Assembly: GCA_963780225.1 (NCBI GenBank)
Contig: CAWAAX010000014.1
Span: 58,326-122,325 of the forward strand
Source: an uncultured bacterium
GTDB lineage: Bacteria; Edwardsbacteria; AC1; EtOH8
Length of the DNA stretch: 64,000 nucleotides
Direction of reading: 5' to 3'
This document shows positions 9,656 through 22,054 of the stretch, piece by piece; the stretch's first letter is position 1, and each line of letters starts with the position of its first letter. The notes beneath the pieces were generated by a model. That model worked only from the letters and a program-made list of their open reading frames with translations, made no database searches and had not been told where the DNA came from. Made by a program: the position numbers and the translations under genes.

Positions 9656-11145
9656 GGGGAAACCGCGTTGGTCCCTTGTGCGGACGACTGCGGCCGTGTC
9701 CCCTGCAACACGACGATGTAGGAAGCGGCGATGATAGACCAGAAGTTCATGTAAAAGCGCTGGTCGTGGAACACCGAATCGAACATCCCTCCGACGGCAA
9801 AGCCGATCCACGAGGTCAGAAGCCCCAGGATAACCATCTTATAGTCATTAGATGACGCCACCCGGTAAGCCCGCCATAATTTCGACCAGAGGTATACCAG
9901 GAAGCCGTAGAAGATGCCGGAGCCTATCACTCCGAGTTCGAATGTCCGCTGTAGGTAGCTATTATGGGCGGCATCAAACTGGATGCCGAATGGCATGATC
10001 GGTGCGGTCATTGCTTTGAAGGTGTTGAACCCGTATCCCCAGAGCGGTGATTTGATGATCATGGTTATCGCCGTCTGCCAGAGCACCAATCGGCTGAGCG
10101 CCGATGGGTCATGAGGCCCCATCCGGCCCGATAGCAGAAAAAAGCGCAGAAATACCTTCTCCCAGAAACCCTCGCCTGCAAATAGGCCGAGCAACACGGC
10201 CACCAGGGGAACGAGGATCAGCAGGTATTTTATGATGGCACCCCGGGTCAATGCCAAAAGGAACAGCATCATGGCAGCGACCGCAAGCAGGCCAGCCCGG
10301 GAGAAGCTGAAGAGGACGGCCATGGTTATCAGTCCAATACCCCCGGTGATCAATACTTTTTCCAACCGCTTGTGGGTCATTGCTTGGCAGGAGATCCCCA
10401 AGGGCAACACCATGGTTAGGTATGCTGATAACGTATTGGGATTCGTGAACGGCCCGCGGACCCTGGCTGCCTTATATAGGGAAGACCCTGTGAACAAGCT
10501 CTCTTCTTTGCCCTGGAAAAGTACGTAGAACGGATCTCTGGTCATCCCGACTACCTGCTGCCAAAGGGTATAGAGTGCTGCCGCAACACCGGCAATAAAG
10601 ATCACCCTGATCAGCCACCAAGACCACCTTTCTTGATGGAGAACCATGATGAAAACCAAGTTAGTAACAACGATGGCACTTTCATATACAAGATAGCGGG
10701 CGGAACTTACCTTATCGGGGGAGAAGAAAGTGGCAATGCAGCAGAACCATAGGTAGAGCAACACAAACAGGGTGATAGCCCGAGGAACTGATACAATAGT
10801 GAACTGCACCTTCAGTTTAAGGAGGCGGTATACACTAAACGCCAAAAGAGCGGACAGCAACATGATCCTAAGCGACGTGCTGGCGGGAAGAGATAGTGAG
10901 AACGGGGCCGTTAGCACGATGGCCAGCAATCCAACCCGGAAATCAATAACCAGCAAGACGATATAGCATAGTCCTGCGATCCCCCCCAACACGAGGCCGG
11001 GTTTCAGAACTATGCCGGTCAGCAGCACGAGCCCGAGAACAAGCCAGACCTTCAACGGCGGAACGAAGTGAAACTGATCGTCACGGTGGGCTTCCGTGTC
11101 AGGGTGTGTTACCGCGAACAGCTTCATTGTGGAGTTCTGCGCCAA
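9652..11145 (-). CDS. O-antigen polymerase/ligase family membrane protein (Wzy/WaaL-like)
   Basis: 497 aa with >10 predicted TM helices and a large periplasmic loop, typical of O-antigen ligase/Wzy proteins; an alternative start MKLFAV near 11127 abuts the upstream stop. Confidence 0.6.
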   Translation of the reverse strand: MAQNSTMKLFAVTHPDTEAHRDDQFHFVPPLKVWLVLGLVLLTGIVLKPGLVLGGIAGLCYIVLLVIDFRVGLLAIVLTAPFSLSLPASTSLRIMLLSALLAFSVYRLLKLKVQFTIVSVPRAITLFVLLYLWFCCIATFFSPDKVSSARYLVYESAIVVTNLVFIMVLHQERWSWWLIRVIFIAGVAAALYTLWQQVVGMTRDPFYVLFQGKEESLFTGSSLYKAARVRGPFTNPNTLSAYLTMVLPLGISCQAMTHKRLEKVLITGGIGLITMAVLFSFSRAGLLAVAAMMLFLLALTRGAIIKYLLILVPLVAVLLGLFAGEGFWEKVFLRFFLLSGRMGPHDPSALSRLVLWQTAITMIIKSPLWGYGFNTFKAMTAPIMPFGIQFDAAHNSYLQRTFELGVIGSGIFYGFLVYLWSKLWRAYRVASSNDYKMVILGLLTSWIGFAVGGMFDSVFHDQRFYMNFWSIIAASYIVVLQGTRPQSSAQGTNAVSP

Positions 11146-12395
11146 AATTGGACTATCGATACCAGTTTAATCAAGTCATGAAAGATGTATTCCCGTACCT
11201 CGATAAATCGTGTATGGTTGTCCGTCAATTGGAAACCTTTGTACCAGACGGAAATGACGACATGGCTGCAGCCAAAAAATAATCCGAATATCAAGCCCAA
11301 CACCATAATGAACAATCGTTTTGGTTTAGATTTTTTCGATGGGGGCTGTGCTCGATCCAATAGTTGAATGGTGGTGATGTCTCGAACCTCCTCGATTTTG
11401 GCGTTCTCCAACTGCTGAGCCAACAGGGCATAGACCTCAGTATTGATCTTCACCGTCCTCATCAAGCGAGCGAGCTCCATGCTTACCTGTGGTGCCCGCC
11501 GCAGAGGGACGAACAACTGGTCATCCCGCCCCCCACTGGCGATGTTCCGCAGTTGCTGTTCGCTGGCGCTAATGGTTTTCCGCAGGTTAATGATTTGGGG
11601 GTTGTCGTCTGTCGAGTAGCTCCGCATTGCCTCCAACCTAGCTCGCTGAGCGATAATCCCAGCCTCGAGCTTGGCAGCCATTTCAATCTCTGCTGTTAAT
11701 TCATCGGACAGCGAGACCGTCCGGTTTCTTTGCTGGAATGTCCGCAGGGATTCCTCCACGGCCGTCATCACTGCAATGTGTGCCTGCAATCGCTGCTCCA
11801 GAAACGCTCGAAGTCGCTTCCCCTGTGTCATCTTTGTGTTTTTATTGAATTCGTCAAGCGCCGTAATATAAGCATTGGCGATCTCGGCCGATTTCATCGG
11901 GTTTTTTGTGATCACGGAAACCTCGATGATCCCTTCCGACCCAACGTCAATATTCGTTTGTTCCTTCAAAATACGGAGGGCCTCATCGATTGCCTGTTGC
12001 GGCCTATTCTTAGCCATTTTCCCTAGCTTGTAGAAAGTGAAAAGATCGCATCGCTGGATTACATTGTGCCGGATCGTCGCACTTCCAAATACTGCGGCGT
12101 AAAGATCAGATGGCGTTGCCATCCCCGGCAGGGTCATGCTGGCCATTCGACCGAGACCCATCCCTCCGCCCATCAGCGATGATAGGCTTAACATATCCGA
12201 TGACTGATCAGTCGGTGGCATGATGCTGGCCCTCGCTACGTACTTCTTTGGGATCAGGAAAGCCAGGGCGACGGAAAACATAAAAATTACCAGCATCTCA
12301 ACGATGATGACTCTCCGTCGCAGAAACATTTCCCAGATAACGTGTCGTATATCCAAAGCAACTGCCATGTTGTTCCCCTCTCGTGCTTGCGTCAA
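11124..12395 (-). CDS. polysaccharide chain-length determinant (Wzz/PCP family, no kinase domain)
   Basis: 423 aa; N- and C-terminal TM helices flank a long coiled-coil periplasmic region (LEAGIIAQRARLEAMRS...); no Walker A/B motif, so not a BY-kinase. Confidence 0.55.
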   Translation of the reverse strand: MTQAREGNNMAVALDIRHVIWEMFLRRRVIIVEMLVIFMFSVALAFLIPKKYVARASIMPPTDQSSDMLSLSSLMGGGMGLGRMASMTLPGMATPSDLYAAVFGSATIRHNVIQRCDLFTFYKLGKMAKNRPQQAIDEALRILKEQTNIDVGSEGIIEVSVITKNPMKSAEIANAYITALDEFNKNTKMTQGKRLRAFLEQRLQAHIAVMTAVEESLRTFQQRNRTVSLSDELTAEIEMAAKLEAGIIAQRARLEAMRSYSTDDNPQIINLRKTISASEQQLRNIASGGRDDQLFVPLRRAPQVSMELARLMRTVKINTEVYALLAQQLENAKIEEVRDITTIQLLDRAQPPSKKSKPKRLFIMVLGLIFGLFFGCSHVVISVWYKGFQLTDNHTRFIEVREYIFHDLIKLVSIVQFWRRTPQ

Positions 12396-12398
12396 CGG

Positions 12399-13652
12399 TT
12401 AATGGCTGACCTGCCAAACTATGAAAAATAGCGTGGCCGCCTGCCCCATCACAGATAGATAATCTCTCCACCCCTTGATCTCCATCCCTCCTATCACCAC
12501 TACATCGCCAGGCTCCACTATTGTGCTTTCCTTGGCTTTTATGGTTTTCCCACCCCATCGGTTTATTTTGATGTTCCGGGTATTAGCGCGTTCCCCATAC
12601 CCTCCCGCCATACCCAGATAATAGCTTACCAAGGTACCTGGCTCGTGCAAAAAAGTACCCGGTTTTTGAACCTGCCCCACTATAGTCACTGATACCGGCA
12701 TAGAGGGAATAGTAATGATATCCCCCGGTTTCAGAAATACATTCAATCCTTCGTTTTTATCCAATATTAACTGTTTGACATCAATGCTTGTTACTTTATC
12801 AGGATCGGCTATATTATTGATTTTTAATTTCTCAAATGATGCTCTTGACGTTAGGCCTCCGGCCATAGCGATCATGTCCAGCAGTCGTTCTCCCTCTTTT
12901 ACCTCGTATCGCCCCGGATATTTCACCTGCCCGGAGATTCGAACGAAGTTGCTGGATATCGGCATAAAGAGAATATCGCCAAACTCCAATAGGGGATTCT
13001 GGGTCTGATCGTTTTTCCGGAAATATTTATACAAGTCAAGCACCGCGACAGTGTCGCCTTTCCGGATCAGTTGAATGGCGCGGATTGAAGCTTGATTATT
13101 TGGGCCGCCAGCTTTGCCTAACGCTGCAGAGACCCTATCCAAACCGCTTAATGAATATATACCGGGCTTATTCACTTCACCCAATACCTGTACCGTAATA
13201 GACCTCAACTTGCTCAAGGCGACCGAGACCTGAAAATCTTTTAGGTATTTGCCAAATTCAAATTTCAGCAGTTCCTGAACATTGCTGATGGTCATGCCAT
13301 TAACTTTTAATTCTCCAACCATTGGTAAAAATATTTTCCCCTCCGGGGAGATGCCTACACGATATGAGCGTTCCGCTAAACTTTTTATATATATTACAAA
13401 TTGATCACCAGGACCCAGCACATAATCCGAACCGGCTAAACTGGCGCCCGGAGTATATTCCGGGATTTCAAGTCCTGTCTGGGGCTCGGCTTCGGAAAGC
13501 GGATTTTGTCCGGTTTGAAGTTCAGGCTGGGTTAATTGTTCCATAAACGGATCGGAGAGACCTCCGGGCATTTCATCCTGCGCTGATGCCACGCCGCTTA
13601 TGATGCATAGCGAAAGCCCGATTTTCCAAATATAAGAAAATATTAATTTCAA
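12399..13652 (-). CDS. polysaccharide export outer-membrane/periplasmic protein (Wza-like, Poly_export + SLBB domains)
   Basis: 417 aa; signal peptide; conserved PGD..I motifs (LGPGDQFVIYI, LKPGDIITIP, VEPGDVVVIG) typical of Wza/KpsD SLBB repeats. Confidence 0.7.
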   Translation of the reverse strand: MKLIFSYIWKIGLSLCIISGVASAQDEMPGGLSDPFMEQLTQPELQTGQNPLSEAEPQTGLEIPEYTPGASLAGSDYVLGPGDQFVIYIKSLAERSYRVGISPEGKIFLPMVGELKVNGMTISNVQELLKFEFGKYLKDFQVSVALSKLRSITVQVLGEVNKPGIYSLSGLDRVSAALGKAGGPNNQASIRAIQLIRKGDTVAVLDLYKYFRKNDQTQNPLLEFGDILFMPISSNFVRISGQVKYPGRYEVKEGERLLDMIAMAGGLTSRASFEKLKINNIADPDKVTSIDVKQLILDKNEGLNVFLKPGDIITIPSMPVSVTIVGQVQKPGTFLHEPGTLVSYYLGMAGGYGERANTRNIKINRWGGKTIKAKESTIVEPGDVVVIGGMEIKGWRDYLSVMGQAATLFFIVWQVSH

Positions 13653-13705
13653 GTAATCCTCCTAACTAATAAAAAACCGGATACCGTTATGGTGCCCGGC
13701 TCAAT

Positions 13706-13737
13706 TTATAACTGATTTTATTATATATCAGTTATAA
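13706..13737. promoter_or_regulatory. perfect 11-bp inverted repeat TTATAACTGAT-N10-ATCAGTTATAA in the leader of the wza-wzz-wzy-wzx operon
   Basis: Direct reading: ttataactgat tttattatat atcagttataa, about 60 nt upstream of the wza start; a TTGACA-N17-TAAACT promoter-like sequence lies further upstream near 13905-13937. Confidence 0.4.
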
Positions 13738-13949
13738 ATGATAGTGATCATTACCGAGCAAAAATTTAGTGATTACGCTGTTAAGACAGCAATCCTTAAA
13801 AAGCTGCATCAACATTATGTCTTTAATCAAGATACAAATGCGAAAACCACAAACTTTAATATGCCCGATAAAGACCCTTCTTATTTAAATTAAACTGAAA
13901 CCTATTAAGTTTATCCCAAAAACGCATTAATGTCAAGAATTATTACTGA

Positions 13950-15425
13950 TTAAGGTCTCCGGATAGTTGTTTTCAATAGCTTAGCAGCCTTCGTCAGATG
14001 GCGCCGCCACATCCAACCAATGGTAGCCCCAGAAAGCAACATCCATGACAGGGATAATGGAACGATGCCAGTCATGCTTGTTATTAGATATCCTGCGGCA
14101 ATGATCATCCAGGCCGTTGTCACCCTTCCAAGAATCCGCGCGACATATGGCTGGCTACGTCGAATTACATACATAGCCGATAGCATTGAGATAACATGAC
14201 CGCATACTAACCCGGCGCCTGCCCAGGCTGGTCCTGCTTTTGTGATAAGCAATGCCGTAATTGAAACCGACATGATAAGCCATAAGGCATTAAATGCCGC
14301 AGCTTTCCAAAAATACCTTTGGGCGAGGAGAAATTGAACTATGACTATATTGATGGCTGCAGCCGGGGCGGCCATGGCATACCCGGCGATCATTGGCACC
14401 CCTTGCTCGAATCCGCTGCCATATAAGAGTGGAACAATCCACGGTAATAACCCTACCACAACCGAAGAAAGAATTAGAACGATTGATCCACACACATTAA
14501 GACTTGCAGCAAATGCTGTCCCCCCGGCATCCGAATCATCCGCAGTCAATCGCGACAGAGGCGGCAACAACGCCATGGCCAAAGCATTTGGCAGGAACAA
14601 CAATATCTGAAAAACAGTCTGACTAAGGGCAAAATATCCAGCGTTATTCATCCCCCGGGCACCGAGCATCAAGGTAAAAAAAAACGGGGCGGTGACTGCC
14701 GGCAATCCTCCGGCTAACGTGGCCGTTCCCGTGGAAAGGAGACGTGGCATGGTTCTCATAACCCCTTTCAGCGGCCGCGTTAAAATAAAACGAATGCCCC
14801 GGTTGTATATCCAGGCGCTAAGCATAAACAGAAACGCTACCACGCAGATGGAGAATACCGTACCAGCAACACCCCAAGAATAGGTCAAGAATACAATGAC
14901 AAATCCTCCCGCGACTGAGCTTATCACGCTGGTTACGGCCAGAGCCCTGAAGTGGTTTAAACCCTGTAACCAAGATACGGTAAGTACTGACCCGGATAAA
15001 AAAACGACTCCGACAGCAGCTAATCTGAGAACTCCCGGCAGGGGATGGTGCAGCAATAACTGGACACAGTATGGTGATAGAACAACAAGAAACAGTGCTA
15101 AAACAAGAGCAATGCCAAAAGCAGCGAGCAGTGATGCGTGAATAAGAGACCGGCGTTCATCATCGTTAGCAGAGCATGCTAATTGTGGGATAATAGAGAC
15201 TGGCATCCCCCAAGTTGCCACGGAGGCAAGCACTGTTACAAGGACCGCAACCTGTTGATATACCCCTAGGTTTTCGGCCCCGAGCCGGCGCGCCACCAGC
15301 ACAGATACCGCAAAACCGACCGACCTAGTTATAGCCATGACTGATAGACTCTGCGTCATGTTGTCGGCAATAACCAATGTCCAATGGCTTTGTAAGCCAT
15401 CATCGATAGCGGTCTTCGGAATCAT
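13950..15425 (-). CDS. polysaccharide biosynthesis membrane protein (second Wzx/MATE-like flippase)
   Basis: 491 aa, about 14 TM helices, MOP-superfamily-like; ATG verified at 15423-15425. Confidence 0.6.
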   Translation of the reverse strand: MIPKTAIDDGLQSHWTLVIADNMTQSLSVMAITRSVGFAVSVLVARRLGAENLGVYQQVAVLVTVLASVATWGMPVSIIPQLACSANDDERRSLIHASLLAAFGIALVLALFLVVLSPYCVQLLLHHPLPGVLRLAAVGVVFLSGSVLTVSWLQGLNHFRALAVTSVISSVAGGFVIVFLTYSWGVAGTVFSICVVAFLFMLSAWIYNRGIRFILTRPLKGVMRTMPRLLSTGTATLAGGLPAVTAPFFFTLMLGARGMNNAGYFALSQTVFQILLFLPNALAMALLPPLSRLTADDSDAGGTAFAASLNVCGSIVLILSSVVVGLLPWIVPLLYGSGFEQGVPMIAGYAMAAPAAAINIVIVQFLLAQRYFWKAAAFNALWLIMSVSITALLITKAGPAWAGAGLVCGHVISMLSAMYVIRRSQPYVARILGRVTTAWMIIAAGYLITSMTGIVPLSLSWMLLSGATIGWMWRRHLTKAAKLLKTTIRRP

Positions 15426-15764
15426 AGCAAGATTTTTAACATCACATATTCCTTCGTCATCAGATCAGTAATTAGTACAGTAGATTTGAGCTTGGACAGA
15501 TTTGCTAATACCAAGACTTAATTCCAACGGTAGAAATTCTTGGATTCCAGACCACCCTACTTGATACTACAGTACCCAGATCTCCACGCCCGACCAGCCA
15601 ACCTTCACTATGGTTTGTATCCCCGGTGGAGTATGACATTCCCGTACTCCGCATTGGGATTGTATATATAATAATTGAATCAGCGATAGCGGTGCTGGTC
15701 CACAGAATCAATAATATTTTTAAAAATATTCCTTTCATTATCTTTAATGTAAAAAATCCGGATG

Positions 15765-15798
15765 CCCAATATTTTAGGCGTCCGGATTTTCGATACCT
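15765..15798. terminator. bidirectional rho-independent terminator-like hairpin downstream of the nucleotide-sugar operon
   Basis: aatccggatgcc-N-ggcgtccggatttt hairpin with flanking A/T runs on both sides; it lies inside the weak 126-aa ORF 15505..15885, which argues that ORF is not real. Confidence 0.45.
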
Positions 15799-16070
15799 TA
15801 CTGTTGCCGTTTTAAATATGGTAAAGGTATAAAAATAGGGCGCCGGTTTAGTTATAAAGCCAAGGCTAAAAAACAAAACAACCAATGGCTGTCAGTCCGT
15901 AAATCTTCTGTTTTTTAGAAACCTCAAACTTTAATGGCGCCCTAATTTAGCTCCTTGCTGGGTTGTTGGTTTTTTACTTTAGATTGCTAATTTTACCTTA
16001 AAAAATCTGCATTTGTCAAGACTTTAAACCGATGAATTACAAAGGGTAAGCCTTTGATGAGATCAAAGAC

Positions 16071-17381
16071 TTATTGTTTCCGCCCGATTTTCACTATTTT
16101 GGGGCTTTTTATTCCCTTGGTGGCATTCCTGGTGTCCACCACTAATTTGGAATTCTTTACTATCATCTTCAGGTCATATTCGGAATGGTTGGTGGTGATC
16201 AGGACACAATCCACCGATTTTAACAGCTTCTGGGTCAAAGGAACCGAGGTCAATGACATCCCGTGTTCCGAGAATTTCGGCACCCAGGGATCGTTGTATA
16301 TCAGCGATTTTACCTTGGGCCTCAATAGCTCTATCACCTTGATGGCCGGGCTGCTGCGGGTGTCGTCGATGTCCTTTTTAAAGGCTACGCCCAACACCAA
16401 GACCTTGGATTTGGAAGCGGCCTTGCCGGCATCGGAAAGCGCGCTGATCACCTTGTCAACTACATGATAGGGCATGTTCTCGTTGGTCTCGGCCGCCAGT
16501 TCTATGAAGTCGGTGTGAAAGTCGTATTCCTTGGCCTTCCAGGCCAGGTAATAGGGATCGATGGGAATGCAGTGGCCGCCCAGGCCGGGTCCGGGATAGA
16601 ACGGCATGTAGCCGTATGGCTTGGTGGCGGCGGCGTCCACCACCTCCCAGATGTCCACCCCCTCCATCCGCTCGCACAGGCAGGCCAGCTCGTTCACCAG
16701 GGCTATGTTGACGCTGCGGAAGATGTTCTCCAGCAGCTTGGTCATCTCGGCGGCCGAGGGCGAGGAGACCATGACCACCTGGTTGATGATCTGCCGGTAA
16801 AGCAGTCCGGCCAGCTCCCCGCATTTGGGGGTCAGACCGCCCACCACGGTGGGGGTGTTGGCGATGCCGAATTTCTTGTTGCCGGGATCTATCCGCTCCG
16901 GCGAGAAGGCCAGGTAAAAATCCTTCCCGGCCTTCAAACCGGTCTTCTCCAGGATCGGCTTGACCACCTTGGTGGTGGTCTCGGGGTAAGTGGTGCTGAT
17001 CAGCACCACCAGCATATCCCGGTGGAGGTATTGGGCTATATCTTTGGTGGCTGAGATTATATAACTGATGTCGGGGTCCTTGGTGGCGGTAAAGGGGGTG
17101 GGAACGCAGATCAGCACCGCATCGCAGTTTTTAAGCGCCCGGTAATCTCCGGTGGCCTTGAGCTTTTTCGCGCTGACCAGCTTTTTCAGCACCTGGTCGT
17201 CCACGTCGGCTATGTAATTCTTGCCGGTGTTGATGGAGGCCACCTTCTTCCGGTCAACATCAATGCCGACCACGTTAAAGCCAACCCGGCCGAACTCCAC
17301 CGCCAGCGGCAGGCCCACGTATCCCAGGCCGATCACCCCCACGGTGGCCTTATGCGCTTCGATCTTGGTCTTCAGGTCCAT
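16071..17381 (-). CDS. nucleotide-sugar dehydrogenase (UDP-glucose/UDP-ManNAc 6-dehydrogenase family)
   Basis: N-terminal Rossmann motif VGVIGLGYVGLP and catalytic-Cys region GGHCIPID. The start was corrected to the ATG at 17379-17381 (MDLKTKIE...); the ORF-track start at 17489 is an over-extension. Confidence 0.8.
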   Translation of the reverse strand: MDLKTKIEAHKATVGVIGLGYVGLPLAVEFGRVGFNVVGIDVDRKKVASINTGKNYIADVDDQVLKKLVSAKKLKATGDYRALKNCDAVLICVPTPFTATKDPDISYIISATKDIAQYLHRDMLVVLISTTYPETTTKVVKPILEKTGLKAGKDFYLAFSPERIDPGNKKFGIANTPTVVGGLTPKCGELAGLLYRQIINQVVMVSSPSAAEMTKLLENIFRSVNIALVNELACLCERMEGVDIWEVVDAAATKPYGYMPFYPGPGLGGHCIPIDPYYLAWKAKEYDFHTDFIELAAETNENMPYHVVDKVISALSDAGKAASKSKVLVLGVAFKKDIDDTRSSPAIKVIELLRPKVKSLIYNDPWVPKFSEHGMSLTSVPLTQKLLKSVDCVLITTNHSEYDLKMIVKNSKLVVDTRNATKGIKSPKIVKIGRKQ

Positions 17382-17460
17382 TACCTTAAAGCCTTTCGTA
17401 AAGATTTCCCTTTTCAAAGATGCCCTAACCGGTTCGGTAACCCTTGATCCGGCAGCCATA

Positions 17461-18486
17461 TCACTTGGCATCAGCCAGGCGCTGACCATACCATTTGCGG
17501 TAATATTCTTTATACTCGCCGCTCTTCAGCTTCCGCCACCACCACTCGTTGTCCCGGTACCAATCGACTGTCAGTTTGAGCGCCTGTTCAAAGTTGTGGC
17601 CCGGCTTCCAGCCCAGGGCCTTCAGTTTGGATGAGTCTATGCAATATCGCCGGTCGTGCCCTGGCCGGTCGGCTACGTATTTTATCAGGCTGGCCGGCTT
17701 GCCCAGCAATTCCAGCATCCGGGTGGCCATGACAATGTTGGGGGTTTCGCTGTCTGGCCCGCAGTTGTAGGCTTGGCCCAACTCGCCCTTCAGCAGCACC
17801 GTCTCGATCCCCTCCACATGGTCCATCACATACTGATACTGGCGCACCTGTTTGCCGTCGCCGTACATCGGCAGGGGCTGATCGTCGATGGCGTTGGTGC
17901 AGAAAAGCGGCACCGCGTTCTCCGGATACTGGCGCGGCCCGATGTTGTTGGCCCCGCGGGTGATCGTTACCGGGGTGCCGTAGGTGGTGAAGTAGGCAAA
18001 TACCAGCAGTTCGGCGCCGGCCTTGCTGGCGGCATACGGGCTGCGCGCTTCAAAGGGATCTGTTTCCTTGGAGGCCCCGGTCATCACCTGTCCGTAGACC
18101 TCGTCGGTTGAAACGTGGTGAAACCTCTCCAGCTTGTATTTGTTGACCGCCTCCAGCAGCACATAGGTGCCGTAGACATCGGTCTTGATGAAGGCATCGG
18201 GATCCATGATGGAGCGGTCGACGTGGGTCTCGGCCGCGAAATTTGCAATTATTTCGATCTTGTGTTTTTCAATCGCCTCGCCCACCGCCTGAGCATCGCA
18301 GATGTCAGCTTTGACAAAGGCATAGCGGGAATTTTTCTCGGCCTGCTTGAGGTTGTCCATATTGCCGCGATAGTTCAGTTTGTCGTATACCACGATGCGG
18401 CATTCCGGATACTTGGCCAGCATATGATCCACAAAATGGCTGCCGATGAAACCGGCCCCGCCGGTGACCATAATTGTTTTGTTCAT
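17461..18486 (-). CDS. rfbB: dTDP-glucose 4,6-dehydratase
   Basis: 341 aa, MNKTIMVTGGAGFIGSHFV..., YxxxK catalytic region, full-length similarity pattern to RmlB. Confidence 0.85.
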   Translation of the reverse strand: MNKTIMVTGGAGFIGSHFVDHMLAKYPECRIVVYDKLNYRGNMDNLKQAEKNSRYAFVKADICDAQAVGEAIEKHKIEIIANFAAETHVDRSIMDPDAFIKTDVYGTYVLLEAVNKYKLERFHHVSTDEVYGQVMTGASKETDPFEARSPYAASKAGAELLVFAYFTTYGTPVTITRGANNIGPRQYPENAVPLFCTNAIDDQPLPMYGDGKQVRQYQYVMDHVEGIETVLLKGELGQAYNCGPDSETPNIVMATRMLELLGKPASLIKYVADRPGHDRRYCIDSSKLKALGWKPGHNFEQALKLTVDWYRDNEWWWRKLKSGEYKEYYRKWYGQRLADAK

Positions 18487-18585
18487 ACTTGTTAAATTTG
18501 TTTTCTGTTTACGTTTTTGCTTTCGTTTTCTACTTTCGTTTTCTGCTTTCCTATCCTTCCCAACAATCTGTTCCCTTGTCCCAAG

Positions 18586-19041
18586 TCACCCGTCCTTGCG
18601 CTCCCACTGGTAGGGAATGTCGCTGCTGTGGGGATCCAGCCGGTACTCGTCGGGCTGGCTGTAGTTGTAGGGCTCGGTGGGGCAGTTGATGACGAAAGCC
18701 TCGTTTTCCGAGATGCACTTCCAGCCGTGATAGACGCCTTTGGGGACCTGCACCAGCAGGGGATTGTGCTCGCCCAGAAAGAATTCGCTGACCTCGCCTT
18801 TGGTGGCCGAGTTCTCCCGTCCGTCGTACAGCACCAGCTTCAGCATCCCCTTGACGCAGACGATGTTGTCGGCCTGGAGTTTGTGGTAGTGCCAGCCCTT
18901 GACCACTCCGGGATATGTGGTACTCAGGTAGACCTGGCCGAATTTGGTGAACAAATCATCATCGCAGCGGAGCATCTCCATCAGACGCCCCCGCTCGTCG
19001 GGGATGACCTTGAGTTTCTTGACTTTTACTCCCTCTATCAT
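18586..19041 (-). CDS. RmlC-like cupin (dTDP-4-dehydrorhamnose 3,5-epimerase-related / possible sugar 3,4-ketoisomerase)
   Basis: 151 aa; cupin with the conserved WHYH motif (VVKGWHYHKLQ); shorter than canonical RmlC, so its exact activity is uncertain. Confidence 0.6.
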   Translation of the reverse strand: MIEGVKVKKLKVIPDERGRLMEMLRCDDDLFTKFGQVYLSTTYPGVVKGWHYHKLQADNIVCVKGMLKLVLYDGRENSATKGEVSEFFLGEHNPLLVQVPKGVYHGWKCISENEAFVINCPTEPYNYSQPDEYRLDPHSSDIPYQWERKDG

Positions 19042-19110
19042 CTATCACCTCAAATTTTTTAAGTTTAGTCTTGCTTCCGCCAGTGGTTCAGCAGACTCTC
19101 CAGGGTATCT

Positions 19111-21666
<2,556 letters not shown>

Positions 21667-21754
21667 TGGCGGAGAGACTGGGATTTGAACCCAGGATACC
21701 TTGCGGTATACACGCTTTCCAGACGTGCTCCTTCGACCACTCGGACATCTCTCC
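21667..21754 (-). tRNA. tRNA-Ser (anticodon GGA), class II with long variable arm, CCA encoded
   Basis: Reverse complement reads GGAGAGATGTCCGAGTGGTCGAAGGAGCACGTCTGGAAAGCGTG...CTGGGTTCAAATCCCAGTCTCTCCGCCA. The anticodon loop is CTGGAAA, the acceptor stem is 7 bp, and the T-arm is GGTTCAAAT. Confidence 0.8.
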
Positions 21755-21965
21755 GTTTAATGACTTTATTTTATTTTGCAGAAGTCCCGCCAAGGTTGGG
21801 CGACCACTCGGATCATCGCCTTGGGCGAGACCCCGCCAAAGGCGGTGGCATCTCTCCGTTTAATGACTTTATTTTATTTTGCAGAAGTCCCGCCAAGGTT
21901 GGGCGACCACTCGGATCATCGCCTTGGGCGAGACCCCGCCAAAGGCGGTGGCATCTCTCCGTTTG
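21747..21965. repeat. tandem direct repeat, unit about 103 bp, about 2.1 copies, overlapping the 5' end of tRNA-Ser
   Basis: Each unit begins with ATCTCTCCG and contains CGACCACTCGGA, i.e. the first ~21 nt of the tRNA with a ~36-nt insertion; the predicted ORFs 21685..22077 and 21776..21970 are repeat artefacts. Confidence 0.75.
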
Positions 21966-22054
21966 TTTAATTGACCCAGAAAAACATTCCCTGTTGCAGG
22001 AACCCCAATTGACGCTTCGAAATCTTTGCGCCTTGGAAGTGAAAAAGACCGCGT

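Noticed and set aside
15505-15885. 126-aa minus-strand ORF in the AT-rich spacer between the ugd operon and the second flippase
   Set aside because: It contains the bidirectional terminator hairpin at 15765-15798 within it, has no SD, and shows low-complexity composition; most likely non-coding.
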